The notes beneath the pieces were generated by a model. The model did no database searches. It was not told the DNA's origin and was given only the letters and a program-made list of their open reading frames with translations. Source: Bacteroidales bacterium (GTDB taxonomy: Bacteria; Bacteroidota; Bacteroidia; Bacteroidales; UBA3824). Taken from it: a DNA stretch of 64,000 nucleotides. Positions 19,099 through 30,044 of the stretch are shown piece after piece (the stretch's first letter is position 1; each line of letters starts with the position of its first letter). The DNA lies in NCBI GenBank assembly GCA_017544805.1, contig JAFYDK010000001.1, positions 18,013-82,012 of the forward strand. Direction: 5' to 3'. The translations under genes and the position numbers were made by a program.

Positions 19099-21705
19099 TT
19101 ACATTCCGTCCACCATTATAAAAGCAGCCCAATATTTCGGATCGGATTTTTTTTCTCTGACATAATCTTGAGCCATCAAAAACGCTTCTCTTTTGCTTTT
19201 TCCTAACGTCAAATTCTTAAAAAATTCCGTCATTAAAAGTCTTGTAGCATAATCATCAACTTCCCAAAGGCTCATAACAATTGTCTGTGCGCCAGCCTTC
19301 TTAAAACCGCGTTGAAGTCCGAAAACACCCTCGCCCGTAACTTCGCCCAAACCTGTCTGACACGCTGACAAAACCACCAAATCCAATCCTCTGAAATCAA
19401 GTCTTGAAATCTCTTTAGCCGTTAAAATTCCGTCATCAGAATTTTCGGGAATTGCATTTCGCGCCTCAGATTCTTCGGCAATGTTAGCACCGGCAAAAAG
19501 TAATCCACTGCAACTCAAAGCTCTGTCTTCAGCACTTTTTTCGTCAGAGGCGAAAAAACTAACAACCGAATTTTCCAAATCCGATTCCGAATAATAAAAT
19601 CCGTGCGTTCCGATATGAAGAATTTTTAAACCCGAATTTGAAAGTTTCTTAAAAATCGCTTCAGTGGCAAAAGTATCAGAGAGAGCAACAACAGAATAAT
19701 CCGAGGCACGTAAAAGGTGAGCAACTGTATCAGATTCTATTTTCGTACCCGCCAAATAATTTGCAATGCCACGACGGATATTTTCGCTATCTTCTGAAAA
19801 ATTATATCGCATACCGCCAAAAGTCGCTGCCTTTTTCTTCGGATTAATTTGCTTTTCCAAAGCAAGTTCACGCGTTGAAGACAAACGATATGCGTCAAAT
19901 TTCTTAGCAAAAATATTACCTTTTTCATCCGGCAAATACTCAATACCGATGGTAAGGAAACGTCCAGAAGGCGAAAAATACACGTTTTTAACACCTTGTA
20001 AATATTTTTCCAACGGTTTCCAAACAAGATTATAAAGTTTCGCAGTCGTATAATACTCGTCTTTTCTGATTTCCCAAAAATCGTCCAATTCAAAAAGTTT
20101 TACAAATTCCGGAGCTTTCATTCCTTTTTTCAAAACAAAAGCAACATAAATCCGCCGTTTCATTGTAGTATCCCGAAAATTAGCAAACTCTATTGCTAAA
20201 TCGTTGTCATTCAATTTATTCTGAATATCTCTAAAATCAATTGACAATTTTTTTGTATAATCACCGATTTCTTTTGCGGATTCCACAAGAAGACGCTCTT
20301 GATTATCAATGACTTTCAACAAAGAATCCGCACTTATCGTTCTTTCTTCCAAAGGAATTTGATAAAGATTATCAAGTATTGAACGGTTCTCTCGGATTTT
20401 ATGATAAAGATTTACAAAAGCCGTATCACCGCTTTGTTCGACAACTTTTTTTATTTCAAGTTCTGTATTCAAAAGCAAACCTTTTGAAAAAACTTGTCCG
20501 TTATAAGCAAGAATATTAAGCGCAGAATCGGAATGTTTATATGCCGCAAAAGGCAACTCCTTATAAAAAAATGCAGAATTAATATTCCAAAAATTTGCAC
20601 GCTCATTATTCGTCATTGACGAAAAATATTTCAAAATATAAGATTTTTTAAGTTCATAACCTTGCTTATAATATTTTTGAGCCTCATCGTAATTTTCAGA
20701 TAAAAAATAAAAATTCGCAATTTTAATTATTGAATTTGCTATAGCAAGATGTTCGTCATAATAATTTTTTCTATCAATCTCCAACACTTTTTTTTGAAAT
20801 TCGATAGCTTTAGATAAATTGCCAGATTTGGAATAATAAGCTGCAAGATTGTTCAAAGATGCTGAATATTCAGGGTGATTTTCTCCTAAAATTTTCTTTT
20901 TAATATTTATGGCAATAGTCTCAATATTAACTGCTTCTGCATAGTTTTGTACATAATAATGAAACATAGCAAGAGCTGTTAATGTGGTGGCATAATAACC
21001 ATGTTCTTCTCCTAATTTTGCCTTAAAAATTTCTTTTGCAATCTCAGCAAAACGGATCGCCTTTTCATATTCTTCTATTTTTGCATAACTTTTTGCTACT
21101 GTACCTAAAAGTATCGCATAATCCGGGTCGTCATCTCCATAAACTTTTTTATGAGTTTCAATTGCAATAGTTCCGAGTCGAATTGCCTCCAAATCGTTGC
21201 CCATGTATTGATTGATGTTGATAAGAGTATTCAAAACGTTAATGTATTTTTCGTTTTCTTCGCCCAAAGTTTTCTTATATATTTCCAATGCGAGATTTAC
21301 AACTTCGGCAGCCTCATTATAATTACCTAACAAACAATATAATACACCAATATCGTTTAACGATTCGGCATAGTCAGGATGATCTCCCAAGATTTTTTTA
21401 CGGCTTTCCATTACAAGAATTCCATACTTGAGTGCGCTTTTAAAATTTCCTTTGACATATTCCGATTCTAAAATTTTACTCCGACAATCTGCAAGTTTTA
21501 GTTCCGCACGGTAATAATTTGGAGATGAAATATCCAATTTTGCTTTGTCCAATGAATCGCTTTTCTGAAAATAAGGAACAGCCTCTTCATATTTTTCAGC
21601 TTCAAAAAGTATCAAACCTTGTTGAAAATACTTATCCGATTTTTTGGTCTGAGCCAATAAGCTAAAAGGCAAAATAAAAAACAATAATATAAATAAATGT
21701 TTCAT
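19099..21705 (-). CDS. Secreted TPR + CHAT (caspase/HetF-like) peptidase
   Basis: Signal peptide, ~42-aa TPR repeats (LGENHPEYSASLNNLA), catalytic HIGTHG and LSACQTG, SLWEVDD, YWAAF. Confidence 0.9.
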   Translation of the reverse strand: MKHLFILLFFILPFSLLAQTKKSDKYFQQGLILFEAEKYEEAVPYFQKSDSLDKAKLDISSPNYYRAELKLADCRSKILESEYVKGNFKSALKYGILVMESRKKILGDHPDYAESLNDIGVLYCLLGNYNEAAEVVNLALEIYKKTLGEENEKYINVLNTLININQYMGNDLEAIRLGTIAIETHKKVYGDDDPDYAILLGTVAKSYAKIEEYEKAIRFAEIAKEIFKAKLGEEHGYYATTLTALAMFHYYVQNYAEAVNIETIAINIKKKILGENHPEYSASLNNLAAYYSKSGNLSKAIEFQKKVLEIDRKNYYDEHLAIANSIIKIANFYFLSENYDEAQKYYKQGYELKKSYILKYFSSMTNNERANFWNINSAFFYKELPFAAYKHSDSALNILAYNGQVFSKGLLLNTELEIKKVVEQSGDTAFVNLYHKIRENRSILDNLYQIPLEERTISADSLLKVIDNQERLLVESAKEIGDYTKKLSIDFRDIQNKLNDNDLAIEFANFRDTTMKRRIYVAFVLKKGMKAPEFVKLFELDDFWEIRKDEYYTTAKLYNLVWKPLEKYLQGVKNVYFSPSGRFLTIGIEYLPDEKGNIFAKKFDAYRLSSTRELALEKQINPKKKAATFGGMRYNFSEDSENIRRGIANYLAGTKIESDTVAHLLRASDYSVVALSDTFATEAIFKKLSNSGLKILHIGTHGFYYSESDLENSVVSFFASDEKSAEDRALSCSGLLFAGANIAEESEARNAIPENSDDGILTAKEISRLDFRGLDLVVLSACQTGLGEVTGEGVFGLQRGFKKAGAQTIVMSLWEVDDYATRLLMTEFFKNLTLGKSKREAFLMAQDYVREKKSDPKYWAAFIMVDGM

Positions 21706-21736
21706 GTGCTATTAATTTTTTTTTTGTTTTCTTTAC

Positions 21737-22906
21737 TTAAAACCGTTTTTTCATAATCCGCAGCGACTTTAGCCATATAAAAAGCCAACCCAAAACAGGA
21801 AGATACATAGCCAAAACAATAGGACGTTTTATAATAGTTTTCAAACACTTTTTGAAACTAAATTTCAAAGACTCCTCTCCCATTTTTTCATCGTAATTAA
21901 CATCAAAATATGTCATAACCAAGGGCCAAAACATTGGAAAATAACGAAAAAAATAACGACGGTTTTTCCACATTGATTTCAAAAGACCCCTTACATCATA
22001 AAACTTTTTTCCGTATTTTTCTTTATACGAAGAAAGTTCATTTTGCATAATCTGACGGATTTCTTCCGCTGTTGATTTCAACTCCTTTTGCGAAAAATCT
22101 CCGTAAGGTTTTTGTTCAACCATGTCGTAAACCTTTATCGGCTTTCCCATTATAAAAGTAAGTTTTGAGGGCAAGGAAACATAAAAAATCCACGGCTGAA
22201 AAATCGCCATAAAAATTACCGGTCCTAACGGGAAAAAAGGCATTCCGAATTTTCTGACAAATTTCGTTAAAGGTTTAATATTATAAGCCAAAGGATTATT
22301 AAACTCGCCATTTACCACATAAAAAGGTATAACATCGGATTTATAACGAATTGACATTCTTAAAAACGAAGTCTTAAAGCTCTGAAATTCATAACGTTTA
22401 TCAAAACCTTTACCGATACCGTCAATACCTTCGGGAAAAATCAAAATATTCGACTGATTGATTTTCATACCCGTCTCAAAATTCAAAAGCGTAGCATTAA
22501 TACAACCCGCTTTCCACCACAAACCGTCAATCAAAAACGGACACATATACGGATATTTTGTCAGCATCGGTGAAATCAAAGCCCTAATACCATCCGGGTC
22601 TGAATATTTTCTGTTAGCAATTTCCGAAATAAAAACAATAGCATCCCAAGGAAAAGCCATACCCGAATGATTGGTCGCATAAATCAGTGGAGAATCAGGA
22701 TTGTTTCTTTTCGGCAAATCATCAAAACCGATAAACTCCGCCCTATACCATACCTTTCTTATATGATTGAGAACGTGTTTACAAAACGCCTCCATATAAG
22801 GCTTCGAATAATTTCGAGTGTATACTTTAAGATTTTCTTCTATTTCTTTATCTGTAATTATCAGACGGTTACGAAAAACCTCCTGATTATTCTCAGTGCC
22901 ACACAT
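21737..22906 (-). CDS. Lysophospholipid/DGAT2-like acyltransferase family protein
   Basis: NHSGMAFPWD, IFPEGIDGIGKGF, FKTSFLRMS. Confidence 0.8.
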   Translation of the reverse strand: MCGTENNQEVFRNRLIITDKEIEENLKVYTRNYSKPYMEAFCKHVLNHIRKVWYRAEFIGFDDLPKRNNPDSPLIYATNHSGMAFPWDAIVFISEIANRKYSDPDGIRALISPMLTKYPYMCPFLIDGLWWKAGCINATLLNFETGMKINQSNILIFPEGIDGIGKGFDKRYEFQSFKTSFLRMSIRYKSDVIPFYVVNGEFNNPLAYNIKPLTKFVRKFGMPFFPLGPVIFMAIFQPWIFYVSLPSKLTFIMGKPIKVYDMVEQKPYGDFSQKELKSTAEEIRQIMQNELSSYKEKYGKKFYDVRGLLKSMWKNRRYFFRYFPMFWPLVMTYFDVNYDEKMGEESLKFSFKKCLKTIIKRPIVLAMYLPVLGWLFIWLKSLRIMKKRF

Positions 22907-22950
22907 TACCCTAAAAAAAATTTTTTCTTTCTTTAAAAAAAATTATCCGT

Positions 22951-24975
22951 TTACATAATTCTGTACGCAAAAAGCGTTACGTCATCAGTTTGTTCCAAAT
23001 CTGCAACCCAATCTTCAAAAAAGTGTTTAAAGTCTGTTTTTTGGGATAACAACGGATATGAATACACCTTTAATATTTGGTTTTTAAAATTGTTTACAGT
23101 AAGTTTTTTGCAGAAAGGTCCGCCGATTATATCCGTACAACCGTTAGAATACATATAAACAATATCGCCTGCGGTAACATTAACTTCCACATTGCGGAAT
23201 TGTTTGTCATCGGTAATTTTTCCCACAGAAAGATTATCTCCGAAATATTCCTCAAGTTCGCCTTTATGAACCACGAAAACAGTCCTCTTTGAAGCCGCAA
23301 AATAAGCTTTATAATTTTCGGTATTGTACATAAAAAGCGAAATATGAAGACCGTCCCTATTAACATCCGTCATATACTCCTCGCCCATCGTTGCTAAAAT
23401 CTTCTTATTCAATGAGTTAAGAATAATATCAGGACGTAATTCCGCAACCTTTGACAAATCCAAAACCTCGTTCAATAAATAAACGTCCAACGCCGAAAGC
23501 AACGCACCGGGAATACCGCTCATATTGCAATCGCCGACACCGGTAATAACCCATTTGTCAATTTTTTTGGCAAAAACAAAATCGCCGCCGACTTTTTCCC
23601 TGAACATTTGAAACACAAAATACTCCGGCAAAATATGTTTAGCGGGAGTGTCAGCTACCATCAAAACGTTTCTTAATCTTGTTGCATAATTCTGACTATC
23701 AAGCATTTCCTTGTTAGCTTTTTCCAAAGCAAGAGAATTAAATTCAAGATTATGACGCAAGGTTTCAAGACTTGACTGATTCTCTTTGAGGGTATTGGTC
23801 ATTTCTTTCAACTGCTCGTTTTGAACAGAAATTCTAACGTTTTGTTTTTCGGTTTCTTTATTACGCTCCATGATTTGAAGATTCAAAACACGGGCGTTTT
23901 CGATTTGGCTTTCAATTTCTTTTTTCTGTTCCAACAAAACCTCATGCTGCTGAACAAGCTCATTCTGTTTGCGTTCCAAATCAGCAAAAAGTTGTTCAAG
24001 TTTTTGTTTTTGGGTAAAAAATTTCTCAATACAAAATGCCAAAACACCAAACTCAGTTTTATGTTTTTTAAGTATTTTAACGTTTTTCATGTCGTCCGAC
24101 TCAAAAATTTTGACAAGCGAAACAAGCGGACGAATAATGTAATGTCTGATATAAACCAAAACCAACATAAACATCACCAACACAATTGCACCGATTAGGT
24201 TCAAAACCGGCACAAGAGTTTTAAATTGCTTATCAACAGCATTTTCCGAAAGAAAACACATATAAGCCACAGGATTTTGATATTGATTTAAAAGCGGAAC
24301 TGACAAGAAAAACTCGTTTGAATTTTCGTTTTTCAATTCCTCAGCTGCGGTTTCGTTTTTAACAATTCTGATGTCAATGTTACCCATAATCTCGGAATAC
24401 TGTTCCAATAAATCACATCCGAGATGACGCGCCATTATAAGATAACCAGCAGGAGTTTCCTCACGGGTGTTAATATCGTCAGAAGGAACAATACCTTCGC
24501 AAAAATATTCAAAAAGAGAATCATTAACGTATAAAAAGAACTCGTTTTTCGGAGCATTTTTCAAAAGCGAAGGAATTTTTAAATCCCTAAAAAGCGGAAA
24601 CTCTCCATACCCTTCAAAATTATAAACGAAAACGGAATCGCCCTCAACATCAAAAACACCGACACTCGCAGCAGAACACGACTCCGGCATCGAACTGATA
24701 TTGTCTAAATACCACTCTGAATCAGAATCTTTTGTCAGCACCTTTTCCCTTAATTCGTCCCACGCCGAATTTTCGTGAACGGTAGCCGAACATTGTTGGC
24801 GTTTTATATCCAAAACGTTATGAATCATCATGTTACGCTCCTCCAACGATAAACGGCTGATTTCCTGATTTTGTTTTTGTTGAACTCCGTAATAGAAAAG
24901 CATGGTTATCACCAATACCAAAATGCAAAGCACTGATATAAAAACCACACCGTATTGAACCGAACGATACTTCAT
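22951..24975 (-). CDS. CHASE4 sensor, coiled coil, degenerate PP2C/SpoIIE domain
   Basis: TM, ENSAWDE (CHASE4-like), TM, long coiled coil, VGGDF, GDCNMSGIPGA, SNG, DDVT. Confidence 0.8.
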   Translation of the reverse strand: MKYRSVQYGVVFISVLCILVLVITMLFYYGVQQKQNQEISRLSLEERNMMIHNVLDIKRQQCSATVHENSAWDELREKVLTKDSDSEWYLDNISSMPESCSAASVGVFDVEGDSVFVYNFEGYGEFPLFRDLKIPSLLKNAPKNEFFLYVNDSLFEYFCEGIVPSDDINTREETPAGYLIMARHLGCDLLEQYSEIMGNIDIRIVKNETAAEELKNENSNEFFLSVPLLNQYQNPVAYMCFLSENAVDKQFKTLVPVLNLIGAIVLVMFMLVLVYIRHYIIRPLVSLVKIFESDDMKNVKILKKHKTEFGVLAFCIEKFFTQKQKLEQLFADLERKQNELVQQHEVLLEQKKEIESQIENARVLNLQIMERNKETEKQNVRISVQNEQLKEMTNTLKENQSSLETLRHNLEFNSLALEKANKEMLDSQNYATRLRNVLMVADTPAKHILPEYFVFQMFREKVGGDFVFAKKIDKWVITGVGDCNMSGIPGALLSALDVYLLNEVLDLSKVAELRPDIILNSLNKKILATMGEEYMTDVNRDGLHISLFMYNTENYKAYFAASKRTVFVVHKGELEEYFGDNLSVGKITDDKQFRNVEVNVTAGDIVYMYSNGCTDIIGGPFCKKLTVNNFKNQILKVYSYPLLSQKTDFKHFFEDWVADLEQTDDVTLFAYRIM

Positions 24976-24993
24976 ATTTTTGAAAAATTTTTA

Positions 24994-25085
24994 CAAATGT
25001 AATGAAAAAAAATCAGAAAAAACTATGCCGAATGATATTTTATTGTAATTAATATTCCTTTTTTTCAGAAAAAAATTTATCTTTG
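24994..25085. promoter_or_regulatory. Divergent -7 elements for the CHASE4-PP2C gene (minus) and secA (plus)
   Basis: CAAATGTA at 24994-25001 (TACATTTG on minus) and TATCTTTG at 25078-25085. Confidence 0.6.
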
Positions 25086-25155
25086 CATTTGAAATTTAAC
25101 GGGTTTTTTACCCAAGTAATTAATAATCAGCAATATAATAAATTTTCATACATAA

Positions 25156-28100
25156 ATGAGCTTACTGCAAAACATTTTTAAAACTTTTTTCGGAGACAAA
25201 TCCTCCAAAGACATCAAAAAATTGATGCCGATAGTGGGGCAAATTAATTCCGAATATGCAAAATTAAAAAATTTAAGCAACGACGAATTAAGAGCATTAA
25301 CCCAAAAATTAAGGGATGAGCTCAAAGAATCCGTAAAAGCGGAAGAAGAGAATCTCGCCGGCTATAAAAATCAACTTGAAGGCTCGGCAACATTGTCAGT
25401 AAAAGAACAGGAAACACTTTATGACAATATCGAAGCAACAGAAAAGCAAATCAGGAAAATCCTCAGCGAAAAACTCGATGAAATTCTCCCTCAAGCTTTT
25501 GCAATTATAAAAGACACTGCCCGCAGATTCAAGGAAAACGAAGAAATCGAAGTTACGGCAACACCTTTCGATAGAGAACTTGCCACACGTTTCGAGAGCA
25601 TCAGAATTGATAACGACAAAGCATATTACAATCATACATGGAGAGCAGGAGGCAACCTTTTGACATGGAACATGGTTCATTACGACGTTCAGTTAATCGG
25701 CGGTATAGTTCTCCACCAAGGCAAAATCGCGGAAATGGCAACCGGTGAAGGTAAAACTCTCGTTGCAACCCTTCCCGTATTCCTCAACGCATTGACAGGC
25801 AGAGGCGTACACGTTGTTACAGTAAACGATTATTTGGCAAAACGTGATAGCGAATGGATGGGTATGTTATATCAATTTCACGGTCTTAGCGTTGATTGTA
25901 TCGACAAACACCAGCCGAACTCGCCTCAAAGAAGAAAAGCTTATTATTCAGACATAACTTTCGGTACTAACAACGAATTCGGTTTTGACTATTTGAGGGA
26001 CAATATGTGCGCCTCTCCCGAGGAGTTAGTACAAAGAAAACACGTTTTTGCAATCGTAGACGAGGTAGACTCAGTTTTGATTGACGATGCCCGTACACCT
26101 TTAATTATTAGCGGACCCGTTCCTAAGGCAGGCGACGATATGCAACTCTTTATGAGCCTTAAACCCAAAGTAGAAATGCTTGTTGAACATCAAAAACAAT
26201 TGGTAAACAAGCTTTTGAACGAGGCTAAAACTCTTATCAAACAAGGCGATAAAGTAAAAGGCGGCGTTAAATTATTAAAAGCGTGGAAAGGTCTTCCAAA
26301 AAACAACGCTTTGATTAAATTTTTGAGCGAGGAAGGCAACAAAGTGCTTTTGAATGCTACCGAAGGCGAATACATGGCCGAAAACAACAAACGTATGCCT
26401 GAAATTACGGACGAACTTTATTTCGTTATCGAAGAAAAACAAAATTCGGTAGATTTAACGGAAAAAGGTATCGACCTTATCACCGGCAACTCTGACGACC
26501 CACAGTTTTTCGTCATGCCCGATGTCGGCAGCGAGGTTGCGGAAATCGAACATTCAGGACTTTCGGACGAAGAAAAAATCGCGAAAAAAGACAAACTTAT
26601 GTCGGATTATGCGGTTAAATCCGAAAGAATCCACACCATCAATCAGTTGTTGAAGGCTTACACAATGTTTGAAAAAGATCAAGAATACGTCGTTATGGAC
26701 AACAAAGTAAAAATTGTTGACGAACAGACAGGACGTATTATGGAAGGCAGACGTTATTCCGACGGTCTTCATCAAGCAATTGAAGCAAAAGAAAATGTTA
26801 AAGTCGAGGCTGCAACCCAGACTTTTGCAACGATAACGCTTCAAAACTATTTCCGTATGTACGAGAAAATTTCGGGTATGACCGGTACGGCGGAAACGGA
26901 AGCAGGCGAATTTTGGGACATTTACAAACTTGACGTTTGCGTTATCCCGACCAATTTGCCCGTTATCAGAAAAGACGAAAACGATTTGGTTTACAAGACC
27001 AAACGTGAAAAATACAATGCCGTAATTCAGGAAATTGAAAGAATCCACAAAGAGGGTCGTCCCGTTCTTGTTGGTACGACATCAGTAGAGGTTTCTGAAT
27101 TATTAAGCAAGATGTTGTTAATGAGACATTTGGATCATAACGTTTTGAACGCTAAACAGCACGCTCGCGAGGCTGAAATCGTTGCTGCGGCAGGTCAGAA
27201 AGGTGCAATTACGATTGCAACTAACATGGCAGGTCGTGGTACCGACATCAAACTCTCAGACGAGGTAAAAGCCAAAGGCGGACTTGCAATCATCGGTACT
27301 GAAAGACACGAGTCAAGACGTGTAGACAGACAGTTAAGAGGTCGTGCCGGACGTCAAGGCGACCCGGGTACATCACAGTTTTTCGTTTCCTTGGAAGATA
27401 ATTTGATGCGTCTTTTCGGAAGCGAAAGAATTGCCGCTTTGATGGACAGAATGGGCTTGGAAGAAGGCGAAGTAATTCAGCACAGCATCGTTACAAAATC
27501 TATCGAAAGAGCTCAAAAGAAAGTCGAAGAAAACAACTTCGGTATCCGTAAACGCCTTTTGGAATATGATGACGTAATGAACAAGCAACGTGAAGTAATT
27601 TACCGTCAGCGCAGAAACGCACTTTTCGGCGAAGGTCTTGATATTGAACTTACAAATATGCTCAACGATGCTTGCGAAAACATTGCAAATCATTATCATA
27701 ACGAAGGCGATTTCGTAGCTTTCGCATTGGAGGTTTCAAAAAGTTTGGGAATCCAAAACCCCGTTTCTGAAGAAGATTTCTTAAAACTTTCAAACGAGAA
27801 AATCGCTGATAAATTGTTTGATACGGCATTCAACAACCTCTCGCAAAAGATGAAAATCATCCGCGAACAGGCTATGCCTACGATTAAAAACGTTTATGAA
27901 AATTACAGCGACCGTTATGAATACATCGTTGTTCCGATTACAGACGGACGCAGAATTTTCCAAATCCGTGTTAATCTTAAAAAAGCATACGAAACAGAAT
28001 GTCGCGAAATTACCAAAGCGTTTGAAAAAATCATAATGCTTATCACAATCGACGAAAATTGGAAAGAGCATTTAAGAGATTTAGACGATTTGAAACAAGC

Positions 28101-28515
28101 GGTTCAAGATGCAAGATACGAACAGAAAGACCCGTTGGTAATTTTCAAAATCGAATCTAACGGCTTGTTTGACAAGATGTTGGACAAAAACAACAAGTCA
28201 ATAATTTCTACGATTATGCGTGGTCAGATTCCTATTCAAAACCCTGACGAAGTAGCTCAAGCACAAGCTCAAGCATTAGCACAAGCACAAGCAAGGGCTA
28301 TGGCTCTCAAACGCGAACAGGAAAAACTCCGTGCTACTCAAGAAGAAGCACAAAAAATCACTGACGAACCGCAACCTCAACAACGTCAGCAAGAACGTCC
28401 TCAACAGAAAGTTCAGCCTATCGTAAGAGGTGAGAAAAAAGTCGGCAGAAACGATCCTTGTCCCTGCGGCAGCGGTAAAAAATACAAAAACTGCCACGGC
28501 AAAGGTTTAGAATAA
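25156..28515 (+). CDS. secA: Preprotein translocase ATPase SecA
   Basis: [51 protein letters not shown] motif [18 protein letters not shown]. Confidence 0.98.
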   Translation: MSLLQNIFKTFFGDKSSKDIKKLMPIVGQINSEYAKLKNLSNDELRALTQKLRDELKESVKAEEENLAGYKNQLEGSATLSVKEQETLYDNIEATEKQIRKILSEKLDEILPQAFAIIKDTARRFKENEEIEVTATPFDRELATRFESIRIDNDKAYYNHTWRAGGNLLTWNMVHYDVQLIGGIVLHQGKIAEMATGEGKTLVATLPVFLNALTGRGVHVVTVNDYLAKRDSEWMGMLYQFHGLSVDCIDKHQPNSPQRRKAYYSDITFGTNNEFGFDYLRDNMCASPEELVQRKHVFAIVDEVDSVLIDDARTPLIISGPVPKAGDDMQLFMSLKPKVEMLVEHQKQLVNKLLNEAKTLIKQGDKVKGGVKLLKAWKGLPKNNALIKFLSEEGNKVLLNATEGEYMAENNKRMPEITDELYFVIEEKQNSVDLTEKGIDLITGNSDDPQFFVMPDVGSEVAEIEHSGLSDEEKIAKKDKLMSDYAVKSERIHTINQLLKAYTMFEKDQEYVVMDNKVKIVDEQTGRIMEGRRYSDGLHQAIEAKENVKVEAATQTFATITLQNYFRMYEKISGMTGTAETEAGEFWDIYKLDVCVIPTNLPVIRKDENDLVYKTKREKYNAVIQEIERIHKEGRPVLVGTTSVEVSELLSKMLLMRHLDHNVLNAKQHAREAEIVAAAGQKGAITIATNMAGRGTDIKLSDEVKAKGGLAIIGTERHESRRVDRQLRGRAGRQGDPGTSQFFVSLEDNLMRLFGSERIAALMDRMGLEEGEVIQHSIVTKSIERAQKKVEENNFGIRKRLLEYDDVMNKQREVIYRQRRNALFGEGLDIELTNMLNDACENIANHYHNEGDFVAFALEVSKSLGIQNPVSEEDFLKLSNEKIADKLFDTAFNNLSQKMKIIREQAMPTIKNVYENYSDRYEYIVVPITDGRRIFQIRVNLKKAYETECREITKAFEKIIMLITIDENWKEHLRDLDDLKQAVQDARYEQKDPLVIFKIESNGLFDKMLDKNNKSIISTIMRGQIPIQNPDEVAQAQAQALAQAQARAMALKREQEKLRATQEEAQKITDEPQPQQRQQERPQQKVQPIVRGEKKVGRNDPCPCGSGKKYKNCHGKGLE

Positions 28516-28534
28516 AAAAACATTCACCAAAAGA

Positions 28535-28586
28535 AACGTTTACGGATTTGAGAAAAAATGCTTAATCCGTAAACGTTATTTTTTTC
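28535..28586 (+). terminator. Terminator hairpin after secA
   Basis: AACGTTTACGGATT..AATCCGTAAACGTT followed by a T-tract. Confidence 0.8.
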
Positions 28587-28590
28587 AAAT

Positions 28591-29544
28591 ATGAACACTG
28601 AAAATCAAATACATTTAGAAAATTTCATAGAACATTTGACTTTGGAAAGGTCTATGTCTGACAACACAATAGAAGCCTACAAAGACGATATAGAAAAACT
28701 AATATTTTATTCAGAAAATTTTTTAGGGGACAAAAATTTGGAAACTCTCACCTTGGACGACCTTTCAAATTTTATGGTTTGGATTGGTCAGCTGAATTTA
28801 TCACCGAAATCTCAAGCAAGAATTTTAAGCGCAGTAAAACATTTTTATAATCATTTGATAAATTTAGGAAAAATAGAATCAAGCCCGGCATATTTGCTTT
28901 CAAGACCGAAAGTCGGCATGGAACTGCCTACAGTTCTGACTGTTGAAGAAATCAATGCGTTAGAAAAAGCTGTCGATTTATCTTCTTACGAAGGCGAAAG
29001 AAACAGGGCTATAATCGAAATGCTATTCAGCTGCGGACTCAGGGTTTCTGAATTAATAAACTTAAAAATTCAAGACATAAATTTTGAACACCGTTTTGTT
29101 AAAATCACGGGAAAAGGCAACAAAACGAGATTTGTTCCGATTAGTTCGATAGCCTTAGAATACATCGGCTATTACAACGAGAAAATGCGCTGTCATCTGA
29201 TTATCAACAAAGAAAACAAAGATTACTTATTCTTAAACCGCCGGGCCAGAAAACTTTCAAGGGTTATGATTTTCACAATCATAAAACGTCTATGCGAAAA
29301 AGCAAACATCAACAAACATGTCAGCCCGCACACGCTAAGACATTCATTTGCAACGCATTTGGTAAGAGGCGGCGCAAATTTAAGAGCCGTTCAAGAGATG
29401 TTAGGACACGAATCCATTCAGACCACGGAAATTTATACGCATCTCGATGACGAATATCTAAGAGATACGATTTTGAGTTTTCACCCCAGAAACAATCCGA
29501 AACTTATTTTTCCTGAAAATCATAACGAAATTGAGGATTTATAA
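28591..29544 (+). CDS. xerD: Site-specific tyrosine recombinase XerD (XerC/D family)
   Basis: SDNTIEAYKDD, CGLRVSEL, GKGNKTR, SPHTLRHSFATHL, LGHESIQTTEIY. Confidence 0.85.
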   Translation: MNTENQIHLENFIEHLTLERSMSDNTIEAYKDDIEKLIFYSENFLGDKNLETLTLDDLSNFMVWIGQLNLSPKSQARILSAVKHFYNHLINLGKIESSPAYLLSRPKVGMELPTVLTVEEINALEKAVDLSSYEGERNRAIIEMLFSCGLRVSELINLKIQDINFEHRFVKITGKGNKTRFVPISSIALEYIGYYNEKMRCHLIINKENKDYLFLNRRARKLSRVMIFTIIKRLCEKANINKHVSPHTLRHSFATHLVRGGANLRAVQEMLGHESIQTTEIYTHLDDEYLRDTILSFHPRNNPKLIFPENHNEIEDL

Positions 29545-29559
29545 ATCTTCAATTTCGTT
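29524..29559. repeat. 36-bp near-perfect palindrome centred on overlapping stop codons
   Basis: AACGAAATTGAGGATTTA|TAAATCTTCAATTTCGTT, one mismatch, no spacer. Confidence 0.9.
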
Positions 29560-30027
29560 GTTTTCGGGATTGTATTTCAAATTGTGCTGATGAAGCGTTT
29601 TGTTAAAAATCTGAATGTCGATTTTTGCATTGCGCCACAAATATAATTCATGCCTTAAATCATGAATCACACTTTTTAAATAGGCAACCGTTTGGCTATC
29701 GTCTTCTTTTTCGTCCAAAGACGATTCGTTATTTTCTTGTTTTTCCTCCTCTAAATCACTCGAAGGTTTTTCAGCCTCCAAAGACTCCTCTTTCTCCTCT
29801 TTAGGCTTTGAAACTTTTTTTTCTTTAGGCTTTACTTCCTTTTTCTCTTCCTTAACATCAACTTCCTCATTTTCAGCCTCTTGATTATTTTCCTCAGGGG
29901 CGGAATCAGGAGTTTCAAGGTCAATAGGATTGCCTTTCATCTCGCCTTTACGCGATTTCAAACGTTTCATTCCAAGCGAGTTTTCAATCAAACTATCAAG
30001 CCCGCCCTTAAAATTTTTTTTTGCCAT
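29539..30027 (-). CDS. Hypothetical ParA partner (basic N-terminal peptide, acidic disordered linker, short C-terminal coiled coil)
   Basis: MAKKNFKGGLDSLI start. Lies 17 nt downstream of the parA-family gene on the same strand. Confidence 0.7.
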   Translation of the reverse strand: MAKKNFKGGLDSLIENSLGMKRLKSRKGEMKGNPIDLETPDSAPEENNQEAENEEVDVKEEKKEVKPKEKKVSKPKEEKEESLEAEKPSSDLEEEKQENNESSLDEKEDDSQTVAYLKSVIHDLRHELYLWRNAKIDIQIFNKTLHQHNLKYNPENNEIEDL

Positions 30028-30044
30028 AACACCTTTATTTTATG

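Noticed and set aside
28250-28420. Gln/Ala-rich repeat in SecA ([12 protein letters not shown])
   Set aside because: It lies in the variable linker before the SEC-C motif, which is ordinary low-complexity sequence.
29524-29559. Palindrome as a dif or Xer recombination site
   Set aside because: It lacks the 11-6-11 layout and the TTATGTTAAAT-like XerD arm.
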